64,000 nucleotides of DNA, from the NCBI GenBank assembly GCA_944381315.1, contig CALWKR010000031.1, positions 410 to 64,409 on the forward strand, in the 5' to 3' direction. The notes beneath the pieces were generated by a model. It did no database searches and was not told where the DNA came from. It saw nothing but the letters and a program-made list of their open reading frames with translations. The translations under genes were made by a program, and so were the position numbers. Numbering within the stretch: the first letter of the stretch is position 1; each line of letters starts with the position of its first letter. This DNA comes from an uncultured Christensenellaceae bacterium. Lineage in GTDB: Bacteria; Bacillota; Clostridia; Christensenellales; UBA3700. Positions 61,288-64,000 of the stretch are shown here, in pieces.

Positions 61288-62640
61288 TCACATCAGCAAT
61301 TCGCCGTCGTCGCTGTCTATCACCTGCATCACTTGCAGCTCGTAGCCTTTTTCGGCGTCGACATAGATGAAGTAGCGATAGCCTTCATAGGAGCCGTAGA
61401 CTTCGTAACAGAGCTTTTCCGCGCCGGCGCCGACGGGGATGACGACAAGGCGCACGTTTTGGATCTCGAAGCCCGACTTGTAACCCGAGATGACCTCTTC
61501 TTCGGTCAAATCGACTTGGTAGTCGACCTCGTCCTCGCGGTTGTGGTTGAAGATATATTCGAGCGCCTCGAATCCTATCACTCTGCCCGTCTGCAACGAC
61601 ACCTTGATCTTGATCATGTCGGGATACATTATGATCCCGTCGTATTCGTAGCACAGATTGACGAACAGCTCGCTCTCGGAAACGGTGCTCCACACTGCGA
61701 CCATGTCCTCGTAGCCGTGCGTGCGGCAATATTGTTCGGCGATCTCCACGCCCTCGGCGACGTCGTATGTCGGCATTACCATCTCTTCGTAGACGTCGAA
61801 CATGACGAGGTGTCCGCCCTGCTTGCTGATCTGGACGCTGCCCGACTTGCCGTCCGCCGTCTCGAACGAGAACAGATAGCAGTCAAAGTAGCCGGTGCAC
61901 AGCGATTGATACTCGACGTCGGTGACGTCGTAATCGTTGAGATATTCCTTCACCTTGCCTGCCGCCTCTTCTTCGGAGATGTCCTCTCCGTCCAGAGCGT
62001 GCGGCACGGGATCGTCCAAGCCGTCGCTGAACGGGCCGTCATAGATCAAAGTAGGATAGTGGACGGTGTTTTCGTCTACGCCCGAAACGATCTCCTCGAA
62101 CGGATCCTCGTCGCCCAGCGAATCTACGAAGTAGTAGCCGTCGGTCTGCATATTGTCGCGCATCGCGGCAAGGCGCTTGCCCAGCTCCAGCGACGCGTCA
62201 TAGAGCTGATCGAGGATCTCGTAGTCCTCGTCGGTGATCGGCTCGTCATAGTCTATCTTCTTGATGATATATCTCGCAAAGTCTTGGATCTGATTGCAGA
62301 ACTTGATCGTCGGCTCGAGCTGATATTCGCCTTGCGCGAGCGCGTTGAGACTTTGCCCCGCCAGCTCCGCATTGATCGCCGTGCCGAGCATGAGCTCCGT
62401 CTGCATGGCCTCGGTCGACGCGACCTTCATCTTGGACAGATTGGTCTCGATGTCCAGCATGCTGTCAAGCAGTTTGAAGTACTCCGACCGATAGCTGTTC
62501 TCGGCGTCGAGGCGCGCCGCTGCGGTCTTGTCCGCATAGACGGCAAGTCCCACCGCAAGCCCTATCACGGCAGCGGCAAGCAGTGCGCATACGATCGCAA
62601 GAATTATTATTTTTTTGGTGCCCGTGTTTGTCTTGTCCAT
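61288..62640 (-). CDS. ypeB: Germination protein YpeB
   Basis: Start ATG 62640 with SD GAGG. N-terminal TM, YpeB N-domain, and C-terminal PepSY-like repeats. Lies immediately downstream of sleB. Confidence 0.85.
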   Translation of the reverse strand: MDKTNTGTKKIIILAIVCALLAAAVIGLAVGLAVYADKTAAARLDAENSYRSEYFKLLDSMLDIETNLSKMKVASTEAMQTELMLGTAINAELAGQSLNALAQGEYQLEPTIKFCNQIQDFARYIIKKIDYDEPITDEDYEILDQLYDASLELGKRLAAMRDNMQTDGYYFVDSLGDEDPFEEIVSGVDENTVHYPTLIYDGPFSDGLDDPVPHALDGEDISEEEAAGKVKEYLNDYDVTDVEYQSLCTGYFDCYLFSFETADGKSGSVQISKQGGHLVMFDVYEEMVMPTYDVAEGVEIAEQYCRTHGYEDMVAVWSTVSESELFVNLCYEYDGIIMYPDMIKIKVSLQTGRVIGFEALEYIFNHNREDEVDYQVDLTEEEVISGYKSGFEIQNVRLVVIPVGAGAEKLCYEVYGSYEGYRYFIYVDAEKGYELQVMQVIDSDDGELLM

Positions 62641-62647
62641 TTTTACC

Positions 62648-63355
62648 TCACTTGGCAAAGTTGTGGTTCCCGATCGAAAGCATGACGGGACGCGACCATA
62701 TCCACGCGCTCGTCGCCGTCGCGGGATTGTAATAATAGAGACAGCCGTTGGTCGGGTCCCAGCCGTTCATAGCGTCGCGCGCCGCCTTGTATGCCGTATC
62801 GTCGGGCTCGAGATTGATCTGCCCGTCCGACACCGCAGTGAACGCATACGGCTGATAGATCACGCCCGCGATAGTGTTGGGGAAGCTGCTGCTCTCCACG
62901 CGATTGAGCACGACCGCGCCGATCGCGACTTGACCGATATACGGCTCGCCCCTCGCCTCGGCATAGATGCACTTGGCGAGCAGATAGATGTCGGATGACG
63001 AATAGGAACTGTTGGAGCTGCTGCTCGAGCTGAGCGTCATGCCCAAAGCCGCCGCCGTCTTGGCTCCGACTATCCCGTCCACCGTCAAGCCGTTCTTGGC
63101 CTGGAAACGCTTGACCGCCGCCAAGGTATTGGATCCGAAGATGCCGTCCACGGTGCCTGCGTTGTAACCCCAATTGTTGAGCTTGGTCTGCAATGTGCGC
63201 ACCTGACTGCCGCTCGATCCGACTTTGAGCACGACGGCGTCTTGATCCTGCGCGTCCGAAAACGGCAAAAACGCGACCGCCGCCGTCACCGCGACTGCCA
63301 ACACCGCGGCGACGCACAGCGCGCGCATCAATGCTTGTCTTTTTATTCTTTCCAT
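62648..63355 (-). CDS. sleB: Spore cortex-lytic enzyme SleB
   Basis: Start ATG 63355 with SD GGAGGG. Signal peptide, PG-binding domain (VRTLQTKLNNWGY...DGIFG), and Hydrolase_2 domain (CIYAEARGEPYIGQVAIGAVVLNRV). Confidence 0.9.
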   Translation of the reverse strand: MERIKRQALMRALCVAAVLAVAVTAAVAFLPFSDAQDQDAVVLKVGSSGSQVRTLQTKLNNWGYNAGTVDGIFGSNTLAAVKRFQAKNGLTVDGIVGAKTAAALGMTLSSSSSSNSSYSSSDIYLLAKCIYAEARGEPYIGQVAIGAVVLNRVESSSFPNTIAGVIYQPYAFTAVSDGQINLEPDDTAYKAARDAMNGWDPTNGCLYYYNPATATSAWIWSRPVMLSIGNHNFAK

Positions 63356-63714
63356 ATCCCTCCTGCAAGCCGTTCCAGCCCGAAAGCGACCGCACCCACC
63401 GCCGACTGCGCCACAGGCGTAGTCGAACCGTCGAGCCGCACGATCACCAGGCTGCCGTCCGTCTTGACTTCTACTTGCGCCGCTATGCCCTCGCGCCTCA
63501 ACGCGCTCGTACATGCGGCGGCTATGTAACTTTCCTCGCCCTCGACATCGCCGCCGAGCGGCTCGATCGCATACTTCGCCGCGTCCAGCGCCGCATACGC
63601 GCCGTCGCCGTCCGCATAAACGCAAACCGTCACCCTGCCCTCGTCCGCAAAGACGTTGACGAGCACCAAGATCGCGACAAGCGCAACTATGACAACGACG
63701 ACAGCCTTCTTCAT
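63343..63714 (-). CDS. Hypothetical small membrane-anchored protein
   Basis: 123 aa from ATG 63714 (MKKAVVVVIVALVAILVLVNVF). Overlaps the sleB start by 13 nt. No convincing SD. Confidence 0.4.
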   Translation of the reverse strand: MKKAVVVVIVALVAILVLVNVFADEGRVTVCVYADGDGAYAALDAAKYAIEPLGGDVEGEESYIAAACTSALRREGIAAQVEVKTDGSLVIVRLDGSTTPVAQSAVGAVAFGLERLAGGIWKE

Positions 63715-63794
63715 ATCGTCAACGAGTATTGACACTTTTGCGTCGTTTAACCTCGGCCGCGTTACAGCCCCGTGCAACGGCCGCATGGTTGAAA

Positions 63795-64000
63795 AATTCT
63801 AAGCACAACAAAAAGTATGTCACAGAAACTTGACAGCAGTGGTCGCGGCCGTGTGACGACAGCATATTTGGAATAATTCTAAGCGGAGCAAAAAAGTTGT
63901 CGCTGATACTTGACGACACGAAGCGGCAGAGTTGAGATAATTCTAAGAGGCACAAAAAGTGCGTCATAGATGCTTGACAGCTGTGGTCGCGGCCGTGTGA
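63795..64000. repeat. Three tandem ~40-nt modules AATTCTAAG-N25-CTTGAC, truncated by the window edge
   Basis: AATTCTAAG occurs at 63795, 63875 and 63939. CTTGAC lies exactly 34 nt downstream in each case. The 17-mer TGGTCGCGGCCGTGTGA is repeated after modules 1 and 3. Confidence 0.8.

Noticed and set aside
63795-64000. Possible CRISPR array or tandem promoters at the right edge
   Set aside because: The repeats are not exact, the units are unequal (80 and 64 bp), and there are no cas genes. No usable -10 box lies 16-19 nt after any TTGAC(A/G).
1-64000. Search for rRNA, tRNA, transposase, integrase, prophage or defence-system genes
   Set aside because: No cloverleaf-compatible sequence, rRNA-like segment or mobile-element protein signature was found. 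RecD2, the exonuclease and the SPFH pair have no accompanying defence-type partners (no nuclease/ATPase/methylase sets).

Overview
This 64-kb chromosomal window appears to come from a GC-rich, endospore-forming Firmicute, probably Clostridia-like. That inference rests on spoIIE, a gerA-type germinant receptor operon, sleB-ypeB and a HydABC-type [FeFe] hydrogenase. About 60 densely packed protein genes are present, mostly on the minus strand and often joined by ATGA/GTGA start-stop overlaps. From left to right the window contains: (1) a beta-glucan utilisation cluster with an acetyltransferase, GH3, GH16, a HAD hydrolase, two divergent GPH-family transporters with long charged tails, and a lipoprotein; (2) recD2 and luxS; (3) an orphan OadB-family membrane subunit plus a small membrane protein, behind a leader that looks like a yybP-ykoY (Mn2+) riboswitch; (4) a long minus-strand gene string, pyrB-pyrC-pyrF-pyrK-pyrD-pyrE-punA-mtaD-hypothetical-ABC-F-lrp-aminotransferase; (5) an exonuclease and a PLC-like protein; (6) a sialidase-nanE-nanK-nanA operon; (7) a macro-domain protein and mgsA; (8) a peroxiredoxin remnant and a DUF1858 protein; (9) an SPFH/zinc-ribbon pair; (10) a six-gene polyamine operon (speD-speA-speE-speB-CANSDH-CANSDC) behind a ~300-nt highly structured leader; (11) gltX-trmL; (12) hydC-hydB-hydA; (13) a DUF1624 protein; (14) gerxA-B-C divergent from spoIIE; (15) a DUF1893 protein, ypeB and sleB. 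I found no rRNA, tRNA, CRISPR array, transposase or integrase. The non-coding DNA is unusually rich in repeats. It includes a ~345-bp element bounded by covarying inverted repeats (2 copies), 127-bp tandem units, a five-copy GGTGCCYGTGT motif, and tandem modules at the right edge. The three leads I consider most interesting are the Mn2+-riboswitch-like leader on an orphan OadB, the unclassified structured leader of the polyamine operon, and the inverted-repeat-bounded element family. All calls come from reading the sequence and from remembered family signatures. No searches were run.
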